A stretch of 64,000 nucleotides of DNA from a virus (taxonomy: Duplodnaviria > Caudoviricetes): positions 128,001 to 192,000 of the IMG/VR virus record IMGVR_UViG_3300031466_000001; one strand, written 5' to 3'. Position 1 is the first letter of the stretch; every line of letters begins with the position of its first letter. Shown one piece after another: positions 48,149 to 58,779 of this stretch. The position numbers and the translations under genes are program-made. Below the pieces are notes generated by a model that was not told where the DNA came from, ran no database searches, and was given only the letters and a program-made list of their open reading frames with translations.

Positions 48149-49564
48149 TCAAATATTATTGAACTCGTAAAGACCAATCAATTGGTCTTTAAGAAGATTG
48201 AATTCATTGTTAAACAACCCGTCGTTCCTAGAAATGAACATATTAAGTCTCGGATTAAATGCCCTGAACGCCTTTTTCAGTTCTTTCGTTTTCAGTGACA
48301 CAATATTGAGAACGTCACCATCGAAGTCCGCGTTCAAGACAGTGAGAACTTGAATCGGAATCGACATGGTATAATCCTCTTCGTGTGCACGTTTAATGTC
48401 AATAACTTTCATACAGAGTACCGATCCATAGTTAATGGTTGGATTCCGGTTAATGATCATAGCCGGTTTCCATTTCTTAACGATGTACATCATCACTTCA
48501 TAGATCTTAGGGTCGAAGTTTATTGTTGCCTTATACCATTCCTCATATGCTTCGTTATGAGTAATTCTCTCCATTTTGGCCAGAAGAGCAATTATCTCAT
48601 ATTTGTACAATTCGAGGAACGTTAAATACCCCAGACGAATTTCATCTGCTCTCAAAGTTGGATCGGGGATAACAACGTTTCTTGCAGAAAAGTTGATTCG
48701 ACCACCAAGAAGCTGATACCTGATATGCCCATCTTTTTGGTTAACTTGATTGAATACAAGTTGCCAAAGTTCATTAACTTTCTTTTGAATTACAGACAAG
48801 GTTACAGCTTCTCCGAGTTTTTCTTTCTTTTTCCTCTGACGAGTCGTCAGGAGAGACTCATCATGAAGAAGTCTACTTAATGCAAAGATCGTTTCATATT
48901 TTCTATCAAAGCTACTAAAGAAGAAGTTTTCACCTCTAAACGAGACCGGTCGAAGAACCGACGAGTATACCGGGATACAAGATGCAAAAACTTTGTCCTT
49001 ATCCCTCATAATCTCATCGAAAAGTTCCGTTTGTTTATTCTTCTTCTTTTCGTAGAAATAATCCATAATCTCTTCGAATCTTTCACGAAACTCGATCAAC
49101 CCAATACCTTTAAATGGACTTTTTCCTTTCTTGCTAATAATTTCACCATCTCTGGTGATTTCTTTGTCGTATTCAATGATTTCACTGAAAGCTTTATCGC
49201 CAATGGCGACTTTAAGCATTCTATAGAACAACGGTTGAATAATAGCATAATCGCCGAGTTTAATCCAACCGGTAACTTTCATATTCACGTCACGAAAGAT
49301 TACTTTATGTCCACAAATTTTACATACCTCGCCTTCGTATACACGACCTTTAAGTTCCTTACATCTACAGCTATATCTTTCCGAGAATGCATCTTCGTCT
49401 TCCCAATCGGTCGCAAACCTAGGCGATTGAATACCATTGAATGATTTTTCTTCTTTATTTTTTATGAATGCGTAATCCGTAACTTCAAAACCGTTTCCGG
49501 TAATAAAACTAATTTCACATTGTTCATCCCAACTAATTTTCTTCAATTGTACAGTTTTACCCAT
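48149..49564 (-). CDS. rpoC: Split RNA polymerase beta' subunit, N-terminal catalytic part (probably non-virion RNAP)
   Basis: Zn finger CRC...CKIC, GGRINFSARNVV.PD, INRNPTI, NADFDGD; early promoter at 49641-49650. Confidence 0.93.
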   Translation of the reverse strand: MGKTVQLKKISWDEQCEISFITGNGFEVTDYAFIKNKEEKSFNGIQSPRFATDWEDEDAFSERYSCRCKELKGRVYEGEVCKICGHKVIFRDVNMKVTGWIKLGDYAIIQPLFYRMLKVAIGDKAFSEIIEYDKEITRDGEIISKKGKSPFKGIGLIEFRERFEEIMDYFYEKKKNKQTELFDEIMRDKDKVFASCIPVYSSVLRPVSFRGENFFFSSFDRKYETIFALSRLLHDESLLTTRQRKKKEKLGEAVTLSVIQKKVNELWQLVFNQVNQKDGHIRYQLLGGRINFSARNVVIPDPTLRADEIRLGYLTFLELYKYEIIALLAKMERITHNEAYEEWYKATINFDPKIYEVMMYIVKKWKPAMIINRNPTINYGSVLCMKVIDIKRAHEEDYTMSIPIQVLTVLNADFDGDVLNIVSLKTKELKKAFRAFNPRLNMFISRNDGLFNNEFNLLKDQLIGLYEFNNI

Positions 49565-49699
49565 CTAACCATTCCTCCCTCTGACACATCTCTTAATGTA
49601 CAGTTAAGCAGGTTTTATTATTTAATTTCTAGACCTTGAAATAATATATAAACGATTAAAAGATAAAAAAAGTTAGGGGGGTGGTTTGTCCCACCCCAC

Positions 49700-50242
49700 C
49701 TAGAAAATAAGACCTTCGTTAACAGGTTTTTCCGAATCAAAGAGAAAATTAGCTAGATCACTGGGGATTTTTTCTCTACGACCGAAAAACCTTCTATCGC
49801 TATCGAGATCTTTGATGAAATATCTGTTACACGTCCAAACATGTCCACAACTATCTATAACGGTAACCCAGAAAAGACTTTTAGAATCGACAATGATAAC
49901 GTACTTCAATATCTTCTCTCTATGAAACCGCAGGAATTCATCATGGATCTCATATAATTGACGTGGTTTGAAACCAAATATTTTCCAACGCTTAAGTAGA
50001 GATATGTATTTTTCCTTCAGAAACTCCGGATCGGGTTGAAGATGTTTGACGGAACATACAAAAACCTCTCCGGTTTCCAATGATTCGACTCTTGCCATTG
50101 GTCCATTTATAGATCCGGTAAGGATATTTTTAACCACCACGGTTTTGGTTCCTTCATGTACGCCTCTGAGATTATTTCCAACATCCCAGTGATACACTTT
50201 ATACTTTTCGATTTTAAGAAGCTTTTCGAAATTCATTACCAT
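49700..50242 (-). CDS. Hypothetical early protein (paralog of 50344-50889)
   Basis: Shared LLK.E...YHWDV...H.GTK...ES.ETGEVF.C....LQ.DPE; early motif at 50281-50290. Confidence 0.7.
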   Translation of the reverse strand: MVMNFEKLLKIEKYKVYHWDVGNNLRGVHEGTKTVVVKNILTGSINGPMARVESLETGEVFVCSVKHLQPDPEFLKEKYISLLKRWKIFGFKPRQLYEIHDEFLRFHREKILKYVIIVDSKSLFWVTVIDSCGHVWTCNRYFIKDLDSDRRFFGRREKIPSDLANFLFDSEKPVNEGLIF

Positions 50243-50343
50243 TCACCCTCCAATGTTGCTATTATTTATTGACTATAATGATAATATATAAACATATGTG
50301 ACGAAAAAACAAAAAAAATGTGGGGTTGAATCCCCCCCACATT

Positions 50344-50889
50344 TTAATCTTTAAGAATGAGATCATATTCGTAATCGTCGGGCTCGGGAATGTGGTCTAC
50401 TTCTTCCTTCAAAGCGTCCAAATGTTGCTCAACAGACCATTTATCTTCCAGGCCCTTTATGTTTAAGACATTGATATAATCAACAATTCCGTCGTTATTA
50501 ATAGCTTTAACAAGATTTCGTTGTTCCGGTGTTGGATCGGGAACGAGCACATATTTAGACCTTTTCCCTATACTTACCGTCCTTAGTAAATCCGACAGTT
50601 CATAAATATATGATGGTTTTACCCTAGTGCGTTTCCAATAACGCATAGTGGCCCGATATTTCTTTTTCAAAATTTCTGGATCTTGCTGAAGCCATGCCGG
50701 ATCACATTCAAATACTTCCCCAGTTTCAATAGATTTCACTTCTGCCAGGGGATATTCTCTATAGGGTCGTTCAACGAAACCAAGGAGTTTGACCTTTTTA
50801 GTCCCTCTATGAAGGGAGTGCAGAATTTTTCTAACGTCCCAATAATAAATTTTCCCTTCCTCGACTTTGAGAAGATTTTTACAGTTCAT
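50344..50889 (-). CDS. Hypothetical early protein (paralog of 49700-50242)
   Basis: As above; early motif at 50927-50936; RBS AGGAGG. Confidence 0.7.
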   Translation of the reverse strand: MNCKNLLKVEEGKIYYWDVRKILHSLHRGTKKVKLLGFVERPYREYPLAEVKSIETGEVFECDPAWLQQDPEILKKKYRATMRYWKRTRVKPSYIYELSDLLRTVSIGKRSKYVLVPDPTPEQRNLVKAINNDGIVDYINVLNIKGLEDKWSVEQHLDALKEEVDHIPEPDDYEYDLILKD

Positions 50890-51000
50890 TTTTTTGATAC
50901 CTCCTAATTTATTTACTATCAAATTAATAATATATAATCATATCTTCCGAATTGACTGCGATTATAAAAAAAATAAATGAGTGAGAGATCTCTCACTCAT

Positions 51001-51249
51001 TTACTTAAAGAATACCGTGACTCCTTTATCATAATCTTTTATGATTATTTGTACCTCTGTTACGAGATGCTTTAAACTTGCCAACCCACTCCGCACTTCA
51101 ACAACCGCATCATAATCCCTCATTTCTTCTTCTGTTATTTCCTTCTTTTCTTCTTCGTTATCAGGATCAATAATTTTAATGTTTAAATTATGAATATTTT
51201 CTTCAATATTTACGATTCCATTTCTAACAGATATGATTATCCTTTCCAT
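51001..51249 (-). CDS. Hypothetical protein with internal duplication
   Basis: ISVRNGIV...IKIIDPD and VEVRSGLA...IIIKDYD halves; early motif at 51289-51298. Confidence 0.65.
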   Translation of the reverse strand: MERIIISVRNGIVNIEENIHNLNIKIIDPDNEEEKKEITEEEMRDYDAVVEVRSGLASLKHLVTEVQIIIKDYDKGVTVFFK

Positions 51250-51352
51250 ATCTTTCAACCCCTTATTTTTCCATTTACGATTAGTTTAATAATATATACT
51301 CATATCTTGAAATATAAAAACCAAATTAAAAAAATGTAAACGAGCGAGAAAA

Positions 51353-51817
51353 CTAACTTCTCGCTCGTTTATTCAAAATGCGCCTTATTTTCCATGTGTA
51401 TTTTTCTGTCAATCCCGTTTTTCTATCACACTTTACAAGATTTTCTTTAACCAAGCCCAAATCGAAGTCGTCATCGTCGATTACAACATAGCCCGTTATA
51501 AGTACCATTTTAGTAATTGTTTCGAGGAAAGCCTTGATTTCAAGATCCCGTCGACCCAACTCATCAGTTTTTCCAATTATTCTATCAGCAATAACGTTGT
51601 TGTAGTGTCTGAATATGTTTCTAAGCTCCTCCACGGTACGACCTATTCTCCAAGAAGAACTCACTATAATCCACGCATTATTTTCAACAAGAATATTTCT
51701 TAGAGTTCTAATTGCTCTTGGAGACATTTCAAGACCAAAATGTACTTCTGGATCGGATGGGTATGGATGATCTTCACAATTCATTACTCCGTCTATGTCC
51801 AAAAATATAAGTTTCAT
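51353..51817 (-). CDS. HAD phosphatase (Swiss-Army-knife RNA-repair type)
   Basis: LIFLDIDGVMN, IVSSSWR, R..EI, YVVIDDD. Confidence 0.85.
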   Translation of the reverse strand: MKLIFLDIDGVMNCEDHPYPSDPEVHFGLEMSPRAIRTLRNILVENNAWIIVSSSWRIGRTVEELRNIFRHYNNVIADRIIGKTDELGRRDLEIKAFLETITKMVLITGYVVIDDDDFDLGLVKENLVKCDRKTGLTEKYTWKIRRILNKRARS

Positions 51818-51841
51818 TTTTTATCATCTCCTTATCATTTT

Positions 51842-52357
51842 TTATTTCTTTTTCTGAATTTTTCTCCACATGGTCTTATTTGAATATTTCTTCTTGCCAG
51901 TAATTTCCTTTCCAAACCATTCCGGAGCAATAAAATTTTTCATTTCAATAAGATTTCTGAATTCGACTTCTACAACTATAGTGTTAAAATCACGATACTC
52001 GTCAATTTCCAAAAGATAGTCATCCATTTCAAGAGTTGTGCGCTTTTTGACTAATGGTTTAAAACCACTAGACTTCAGCAATTTATTATAAATTTCTTTA
52101 CTGATTTCTATTTCGTTTTCTACACGATAACCCGATTCTATATCTTTCTTGACTGTAAGGACAAATTTATCTTTAGGAGCAGATTCGTTTTTCGGAAAAA
52201 GATTTGTAATATGACGAATTCTAACTTCTTCATCTTTAGTAATAGCTATATAGCTTTGCTTAATCCTTTCCACAGAGACTTTTTGAATATTCCCTTTTTC
52301 AATTATCTTCTTAGGGAACCTTTCCAAAAGAAATTTCCTTTCAATCTCGAAACTCAT
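51842..52357 (-). CDS. CYTH / triphosphate tunnel metalloenzyme
   Basis: EIERKFL, Q.YI...EVRIR, LT.K, R.E.E.EI, K.R, EID, VEVEF, P.WFG.EIT...YSN. Confidence 0.9.
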   Translation of the reverse strand: MSFEIERKFLLERFPKKIIEKGNIQKVSVERIKQSYIAITKDEEVRIRHITNLFPKNESAPKDKFVLTVKKDIESGYRVENEIEISKEIYNKLLKSSGFKPLVKKRTTLEMDDYLLEIDEYRDFNTIVVEVEFRNLIEMKNFIAPEWFGKEITGKKKYSNKTMWRKIQKKK

Positions 52358-52455
52358 ACACCAATCACTTCCTTTACTCAAATAAATGATTTATTTTTTA
52401 CTTAAAAAAATAATATATAATCGTAAACTTATAAAAAAATAAAGAAGGCCTGTGA

Positions 52456-53280
52456 TTACCACAGGCCTTCTTTTTCCCATTTTTCAATGTTCTTGGCCAA
52501 AATAGCCTGAACTTCCTTGGGACATTTTTTGATTTTCGACACACTAATCATATCGCTTGCGCCGACAAGGTTCGGATTTTCTTTCGTATCAGCGTAGTCG
52601 ACGAACCATACATGTGCATCTCTTGGCCAAATCGGCATAAACTCGAAATGACTCTCGATGCTCCTGATGGTCATGATAAAACCTTGTCGCACATCTTGAC
52701 TGAAATTGAGACCTTCAAGAATGTCGATCCACGGCCCTCTATTCAATCGACACTTCTCCACTTTTTGGATGGCGTCTTTGAGTTCGTCCGTAAGGACGAT
52801 ATCCTCATAGCCGGCACCCTCAATCCATTTCGAAGGAACGAAAACTTTTTCCACTGGCTTGGTGTATTTGAAGAACCCGTAAAGATTGGCATCGTTGATA
52901 CCGAACTTATTTCCATACGAGGTTCCCCACACCAAAAGTCCTTTTGCGGAATGGTAGTAGAGAATAGCTTCCTCGATAGAGGGCTTACAATAATCACTCT
53001 CGATAATGTAATCGTATCTGAGAGCTTCTTTGAAACCTTCGACCTGCAAGATTTTCTTGAAGTTCTCCCAGGACGTGCCGGTACGCGTATCACCGATCGA
53101 AGCCAACACACGCTCTTTAATTTCGTTGACATATGCAGAAACTCCCAGGAGTTTCATTTTTTCGGGATCGGTGAACTCGCCGAATGATTTCTTGACCATT
53201 TCCTCGGTAATTTCCATCGGATCGATGTTCATAACATCTCTTACGAAATTCAAATATGCTTCGCTCAGCGTCTTTGCCAT
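52456..53280 (-). CDS. Hypothetical early protein
   Basis: Early motif at 53324-53333; RBS AAGGAG. Confidence 0.7.
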   Translation of the reverse strand: MAKTLSEAYLNFVRDVMNIDPMEITEEMVKKSFGEFTDPEKMKLLGVSAYVNEIKERVLASIGDTRTGTSWENFKKILQVEGFKEALRYDYIIESDYCKPSIEEAILYYHSAKGLLVWGTSYGNKFGINDANLYGFFKYTKPVEKVFVPSKWIEGAGYEDIVLTDELKDAIQKVEKCRLNRGPWIDILEGLNFSQDVRQGFIMTIRSIESHFEFMPIWPRDAHVWFVDYADTKENPNLVGASDMISVSKIKKCPKEVQAILAKNIEKWEKEGLW

Positions 53281-53385
53281 ATTTAATTCATCTCCTTGGT
53301 AATTATTTACTATAATCATGGATATAATATATAAATATAAGTTAGAAATTTTCTAAAATAAAATTATCGCGGAATCTGACCATCA

Positions 53386-54309
53386 CTAGATTTTACTTAG
53401 ATCTAATTTGATATCAAAAATACTTTCCAAAGGAAAACCTGCTCGTTTTTCCCTTCCTCCACCGCCAAGTGTCGCGGCAATTTCATTAAGTTTGATATCG
53501 TCTTTCATTGTACGAATGGAAGCTCTTCCAGTACTTAAAGAGCAAACCATTGCGATATCAATATCACTATTATACTTACAAATTTGAGATGCGATCGTAG
53601 AAATATGTTGTTCGGCAAAAACAACACCAATGCGATAGCCGGATCTGCTTGTGTAAGTTTTCATTTCCCGTCTTTTACCATCTACATATCTTCTTATTCT
53701 GAACTTTTCTTCTTTAAGAAGAATTTTTTCTTCAGATGTCCATTCCGTTTCAATATTTTCAGTAAATCTTTCAATGAACCTTTCCTTCCCTTTAATAGAC
53801 AAAAGAAGGTTAAGTTCATTGGCCTTCTCATTATGAAGACGCATCCATTCAAATGTGTCCCATTGACGAACTAATTCAGAAAATGCTACTATCTCGTCTT
53901 CTTTATCTATGAAACCTTGTTCTAATAAATAATCAGACCACAAGGAAGTGCCACATGTTTTAACCATGCGTCCTTTAACTTCCTTTTCCTTTGATACAAA
54001 TGCCCATGTATATTGGTTAAGCCACATTGCACGCTCATGATGGTCGAGAAGTATAAATTTCGTATTAGGTAATTCTTTATCTGCTTTTTCTATGAGTTTT
54101 GCTGTATTTTCATCAACGCTTATATCAGTTATAACAACCATGCTATAAGAAAAGTAACCTCGTAGAAGCGATCCGACGAAATCAGAAACTCGCCTATTGA
54201 TATTCTCATAATCACATAGATCATACGAGACTGAGGGAAAAGTTCTTTGGGAAATTACTACTGCTCCTATCCCATCAGTATCTATATGAGAAAAATGTTT
54301 GATAATCAT
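53386..54309 (-). CDS. DHH/DHHA1 phosphoesterase (NrnB-like)
   Basis: SHIDTDG, ITD, LDHH, GGGGR..RAG. Confidence 0.88.
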   Translation of the reverse strand: MIIKHFSHIDTDGIGAVVISQRTFPSVSYDLCDYENINRRVSDFVGSLLRGYFSYSMVVITDISVDENTAKLIEKADKELPNTKFILLDHHERAMWLNQYTWAFVSKEKEVKGRMVKTCGTSLWSDYLLEQGFIDKEDEIVAFSELVRQWDTFEWMRLHNEKANELNLLLSIKGKERFIERFTENIETEWTSEEKILLKEEKFRIRRYVDGKRREMKTYTSRSGYRIGVVFAEQHISTIASQICKYNSDIDIAMVCSLSTGRASIRTMKDDIKLNEIAATLGGGGREKRAGFPLESIFDIKLDLSKI

Positions 54310-54326
54310 TACAATACCACCCCAAT

Positions 54327-54830
54327 TTATTCATTATCGGTCTGACTCCTTGGTTTAAAAATTCTCTCCGATTCATTGTCGTTATTAAATCTACGAACGG
54401 TATTTTCAATAACGCACATAAGTGCATGTGGAATGTTGAATCGTTTAGAGTTATGAATAAGACTAGCATAAATATCCCCGTCAACATGCCTTTTAACTGC
54501 GGCCATCCAGTCAGCTACCATCTCGATAAGATCCAAAAGATCCATATCTTGAACACCGTTCTCATAATGCTCGGGATGATGGCTATTGGAAGCATAATGA
54601 TTTTCAAGGGCCGGTTTCAATTCTTCCAAGAGTGTTTTATATTCAGGAGAACCATAGGTTGTATTTCTAAGACGCGAAATAACCCTATCAAAATACGGCG
54701 CTTCTTTTTCACTGAATTTAGAAAAATCATGAACGACGGCACGTTTGGTTAATTCAGAAATGAAATGTGCCATATTTTCGCCTACTGCCTTCTTATGGTC
54801 GAGAGTTTGCAAAATATGTTCCGTGGTCAT
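54327..54830 (-). CDS. HD-related protein (DUF5662-like)
   Basis: HDFSKFS..E, HY..NSHHPEHY, M...DL.EM.ADW.AA. Confidence 0.75.
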   Translation of the reverse strand: MTTEHILQTLDHKKAVGENMAHFISELTKRAVVHDFSKFSEKEAPYFDRVISRLRNTTYGSPEYKTLLEELKPALENHYASNSHHPEHYENGVQDMDLLDLIEMVADWMAAVKRHVDGDIYASLIHNSKRFNIPHALMCVIENTVRRFNNDNESERIFKPRSQTDNE

Positions 54831-54943
54831 ATGACATACCTCCAAAAAAAATAATAATTTAATGGTTTGTTTTTAAGCAAATAAATATACACTAGCAGGC
54901 ATTAACGACCTGCTAGTGTATATTTTCTTATATAATTCAGTTT

Positions 54944-56296
54944 TCAATCTTCGTAATCAGCCGGAGAGATAGAAAATCCAATGGGAGCCGCTCTGTTAAT
55001 GTGATGCATAAAATCACCCTTCTTTTGGCTCGCATCAACCTTTTCAATCTCTTTCATGACTTTCGATATATCTACTGAACCAGTTTGATATTTATAAAGT
55101 GCGCAGGAAATAAAGATTTCATTGAGAGTTGCCATGGGCATACCTTTGGTTCTAGAAATGATTTCTTCAAGTTGCTCTTCAGTTATAATATCGAGAATAT
55201 TCCTATCGATAAGATATTGTCTTCTAATTTCAGCAGAAGGTTGTTTAATTTCATAAGATCTATCAAAACGACCAGCTCGGTTCATCAAACCCGGATCAAT
55301 TTTATCCGGATAGTTTGTTGTTCCGATAATAAATACCCCTTCATTTACAGAAATGCCGTCAAGCATATTGAGAAAAGTCGATCTGCAGCTTTGGGGCATA
55401 GAATCAATGTCTTCGATTATCAAAAGAGAAGATAACGCGCTTTGTTTGATTTCTGAGAATATCAAGTAGATTGATTCACTGGTTGTGTATTCGGTTACCT
55501 GCCAATAGTAAATCGGAACTTTACCAGCAATCGATTTAATCAATGAACGTATTAACGTAGTTTTCCCATTACCAGGTCTACCATAGAGAAGTATTCCACG
55601 ACGATACGGGATGTTATATTTTTGATAGAAATCTTTTCCTTCGTGGTCAAAAAATTGATTCACAAACATGAAAATTTGTTCTTTCAAATCATCGTCGAGA
55701 TAAATTCTTTCATCTCTGATAGCTGTATCAACTATTTCATTTCTACGCTCCATTCCGGACCGGGTATCCATAATAAAGCGAATATGACGCAATTTCTTTT
55801 CTCTTAGTGCTTGCATAGAATGTAATATGTAACTTTTAACATTAGCAGCATTTTCTCCGAAGAACAACGTATATTCTTCCATCCTACCATTACCTATAAT
55901 ATATACAAACGTTGCAATAAATACGTTAAACTTTTCATGATACATTAATGTATTTGAAAAATTGACATCTGCACCATGAGATCCTTCTTGGGCACCCTCT
56001 AAGCTATATACAACTAAATCAATACCTTTATTAATTTCTTCATGAGAAATATCTAACGGAATACTGATCACATCACTTATGATTGCAACTCTCTTCAGTT
56101 CCCCATTCTTAATCTGATCAGATATTACGTCCAAACACTCATAGAAAGTTGTATATAATTTTACATCGGTTCCAAAAGTGTTTTTAATATATTCTCGAAT
56201 TTTCCTCACATGAAAAGTATATTCGATACTTCTAGGAATATCTACTTTTGTAAGACCTTCTGTTTCTACCACAACGTTACTTTCAAATTTTTCCAT
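54944..56296 (-). CDS. AAA+ ATPase (paralog of 46260-47639)
   Basis: IPYRRGILLYGRPGNGKT, IIEDID, FLNMLDG, GTTNYPDKIDP...RAGRFD; early motif at 56337-56346. Confidence 0.9.
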   Translation of the reverse strand: MEKFESNVVVETEGLTKVDIPRSIEYTFHVRKIREYIKNTFGTDVKLYTTFYECLDVISDQIKNGELKRVAIISDVISIPLDISHEEINKGIDLVVYSLEGAQEGSHGADVNFSNTLMYHEKFNVFIATFVYIIGNGRMEEYTLFFGENAANVKSYILHSMQALREKKLRHIRFIMDTRSGMERRNEIVDTAIRDERIYLDDDLKEQIFMFVNQFFDHEGKDFYQKYNIPYRRGILLYGRPGNGKTTLIRSLIKSIAGKVPIYYWQVTEYTTSESIYLIFSEIKQSALSSLLIIEDIDSMPQSCRSTFLNMLDGISVNEGVFIIGTTNYPDKIDPGLMNRAGRFDRSYEIKQPSAEIRRQYLIDRNILDIITEEQLEEIISRTKGMPMATLNEIFISCALYKYQTGSVDISKVMKEIEKVDASQKKGDFMHHINRAAPIGFSISPADYED

Positions 56297-56402
56297 TCTC
56301 TCTTAACTCTCCTCTCTTATTAATTATTCGGTAAAAATAATATATAAAAAACTCCAGTGGAGTTTATATCCACTGGAGTCTTGTTTATTCTAATTTTGAA
56401 AA

Positions 56403-56969
56403 TTAAGAATCGAAAAGCGGCTTAAAGCATTGATATACCTTACAGTCATGCTGTGGTGTAGGGCAACCTGAACCAGGAGATGGTGTGGGGCAATCTGGTT
56501 CATAAGGGGTTGGGCAGCCGTCAACCGGTGTGATTGGTGTAGGACAACCACAGTCACCAGGGTCATCCGGTTCACAATCAGTATATCTTGTAATGATATC
56601 ATGGCTGAAAATATCATTAATATGTAAACCTGTTCTAAATCTAAAATTCGGTGACTGGATGGGAGAATTCATAAGTGTATATATCCTTAGGGTTTCAACA
56701 CTAATGTCAGCCATGAAACCGTCATATTTACCTTTGGAAAGAATATCTGCCTCAGTATACCAAGCCACGGTACATCCTGCAAGATTATTTAAATGAAATG
56801 CTCGTTCACGTGTTGCAAAAATAGGAATACCAGTTTGCCTTGCAACTTCTACAAACGCCATATCTCTACTCATATGGTTAACATCTTTATCAATCAAAAT
56901 AAGTTTTCCGCTATCAAGATTATCTATAATTATCATTTTAATAGAATTCTTACTTGGTTGGATTAACAT
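56403..56969 (-). CDS. Hypothetical protein with Cys/Pro-rich CPTP-repeat tail
   Basis: RBS GAAGGGAAGG; four CPTP units at the C-terminus; directly downstream of the beta' gene. Confidence 0.7.
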   Translation of the reverse strand: MLIQPSKNSIKMIIIDNLDSGKLILIDKDVNHMSRDMAFVEVARQTGIPIFATRERAFHLNNLAGCTVAWYTEADILSKGKYDGFMADISVETLRIYTLMNSPIQSPNFRFRTGLHINDIFSHDIITRYTDCEPDDPGDCGCPTPITPVDGCPTPYEPDCPTPSPGSGCPTPQHDCKVYQCFKPLFDS

Positions 56970-56987
56970 TCCTCATCCTTCCCTTCC

Positions 56988-58199
56988 TCAAAGAATCAAC
57001 GTTTCAGGTTTAACTTCGGTAATTTTAGCCGTACTATTATGGAATTTTTTCATTGAAAGATTGAGCAAGGATGATGAAACCCGTGCTGCTGTAAGGCCGA
57101 TATTGTCAATTTTAAGTTTATCATACATTGCCCCTGCACATACCCGACAAAGCTTTTTGCTTACGCAATACAACGGGGAACGCATTTTGACAATTTGTCC
57201 AACGAATTTATTCATGTTGGATTCATCAAGGAGGACAAGTTTACCATTCTGAATAATATAACGATACAAGAAATCATTAATATTTTTATCTGTAAGAAGA
57301 ACGGTCATATATCCTTTACTACCACAATCGCTACCTGGTTTATCAAGTACAACAGCCTGTAGAGCAGCAATGATTTGCTTACTGAAATAACCCGAGACAG
57401 CAGTTCCGATAGCTTTAGGATATGCACCTGTAATAATCGCATTCGCATAAACTGGAAGATCTTCTTTCTTAATACCTTCCATAAGATTAGTTTCAACAAT
57501 ATCAAATTCACCAGTGGAAGGATTAAATACTGGTCCCTTCATAACACTGATATTTTTAAAGTTGTTATCAAAGGAACCGCGAGCACCAGATTTATACAAA
57601 TCAAGACCATGGTCCCCTTCCAACTCTTTAGCTGCAACATCTAGAAGTTCTTTTTCGATTTTAACAGCAGTAATAACATCACCCTTTTTGAGTTTATCTT
57701 TATTTTCCTTAATAAGTTCATCCCGTCTTTTGATAACTTTGGGATGTGGTTTCAGTGTACCCATAGTGAAAGAGCCACTAATTACAGAGTGAAATTGCAT
57801 TCCGAGCCATTGGGTTCGATTGAGATAATCGACCATTGAAGGGACGTCAATTTCATCGTTCAAGAGAGCTTTAGCAAGCTTATCTTCGATTTTATTCACC
57901 GCGGCAGAATTAAGTGGAGTGTTAATATATCCAAGAACTTTTTGGAATTTTTCCTCCACGATAAGTTTATTATAAATAAACAAACCTGCGTTTGTTGTAA
58001 CCTTAGTTGTATTAAAATATTCTCCGGGATTGAGGTCAAATTCATCGCTGGTTTTCATACGGGGAGGAATAATCTTAAATTTTCCATTTTCAACAACTGA
58101 TCTTGATGCAAATAGTGAAAGAAGTAGAGAAAATGTTATATCTTCTCTTTTTAAAGAGAGTAAATATTCTTTATCTTTTTGGGATAATTTTCTACCCAT
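56988..58199 (-). CDS. rpoC: Split RNA polymerase beta' subunit, middle/C part (probably virion RNAP)
   Basis: SGARGS, L.EG, KAIGTA.SGY..K, DCGS, RSPLYC....CRVCAG, NIG......SMKKFH; late motif at 58226-58237. Confidence 0.9.
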   Translation of the reverse strand: MGRKLSQKDKEYLLSLKREDITFSLLLSLFASRSVVENGKFKIIPPRMKTSDEFDLNPGEYFNTTKVTTNAGLFIYNKLIVEEKFQKVLGYINTPLNSAAVNKIEDKLAKALLNDEIDVPSMVDYLNRTQWLGMQFHSVISGSFTMGTLKPHPKVIKRRDELIKENKDKLKKGDVITAVKIEKELLDVAAKELEGDHGLDLYKSGARGSFDNNFKNISVMKGPVFNPSTGEFDIVETNLMEGIKKEDLPVYANAIITGAYPKAIGTAVSGYFSKQIIAALQAVVLDKPGSDCGSKGYMTVLLTDKNINDFLYRYIIQNGKLVLLDESNMNKFVGQIVKMRSPLYCVSKKLCRVCAGAMYDKLKIDNIGLTAARVSSSLLNLSMKKFHNSTAKITEVKPETLIL

Positions 58200-58281
58200 C
58201 CTAATCACCTCTAGCCGTTATTAATTATAAATCTGTTGTTATAACCAAAAAAAAGAAGACCCCCTTGCGATTATCTATATA

Positions 58282-58752
58282 TTAATGAAAAACTTTATTT
58301 AGGCTTCTGAAGAAAGCCCTATCTATTCTCTTCTCCGGAAGAATATCGTTTGTCGAAACGATGACACGCCTAAGGTTGAATATACTACCTGCAATTTTTA
58401 TTCTGTCTATCATAGTTTGCATAGGCAAACCAACAAAAATTTCCGTCCATACAAGTTCTTTCTCTTTAAAAAATACATATCCAGCTTTTGTTTTTATAGA
58501 ACTGTCTTCGAATTTAGCGTGGGAAACAAGAACGGCTGCGGGCTCCACCTTAAGATACCATTCGACAAAATTGATGAGGAACAGCGAATCAGACTTATGA
58601 TGATACAAAAACTGTAGATCACAAAGCAGATTTGAACAAGAGTTGACTGCGATGTTCGTATTTGTGTAAAGCGTCTTTTTAGCTCGTCCTCCACAAAACG
58701 CACAAGAATTAACAGCTTTACCGTAATTGCTTATTGTTTGTAATACTGCCAT
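58282..58752 (-). CDS. Zinc-finger protein (paralog of 58780-59295)
   Basis: CAFCG..A...CSNLLC...HH; V.PA...KAG. Confidence 0.65.
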   Translation of the reverse strand: MAVLQTISNYGKAVNSCAFCGGRAKKTLYTNTNIAVNSCSNLLCDLQFLYHHKSDSLFLINFVEWYLKVEPAAVLVSHAKFEDSSIKTKAGYVFFKEKELVWTEIFVGLPMQTMIDRIKIAGSIFNLRRVIVSTNDILPEKRIDRAFFRSLNKVFH

Positions 58753-58779
58753 TTTTTATTCACTCCTTATATTTTTTTA

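Noticed and set aside
48149-58199. Group I introns or inteins in the RNAP subunits
   Set aside because: Both beta' ORFs are continuous, of expected size, and show no insertion motifs
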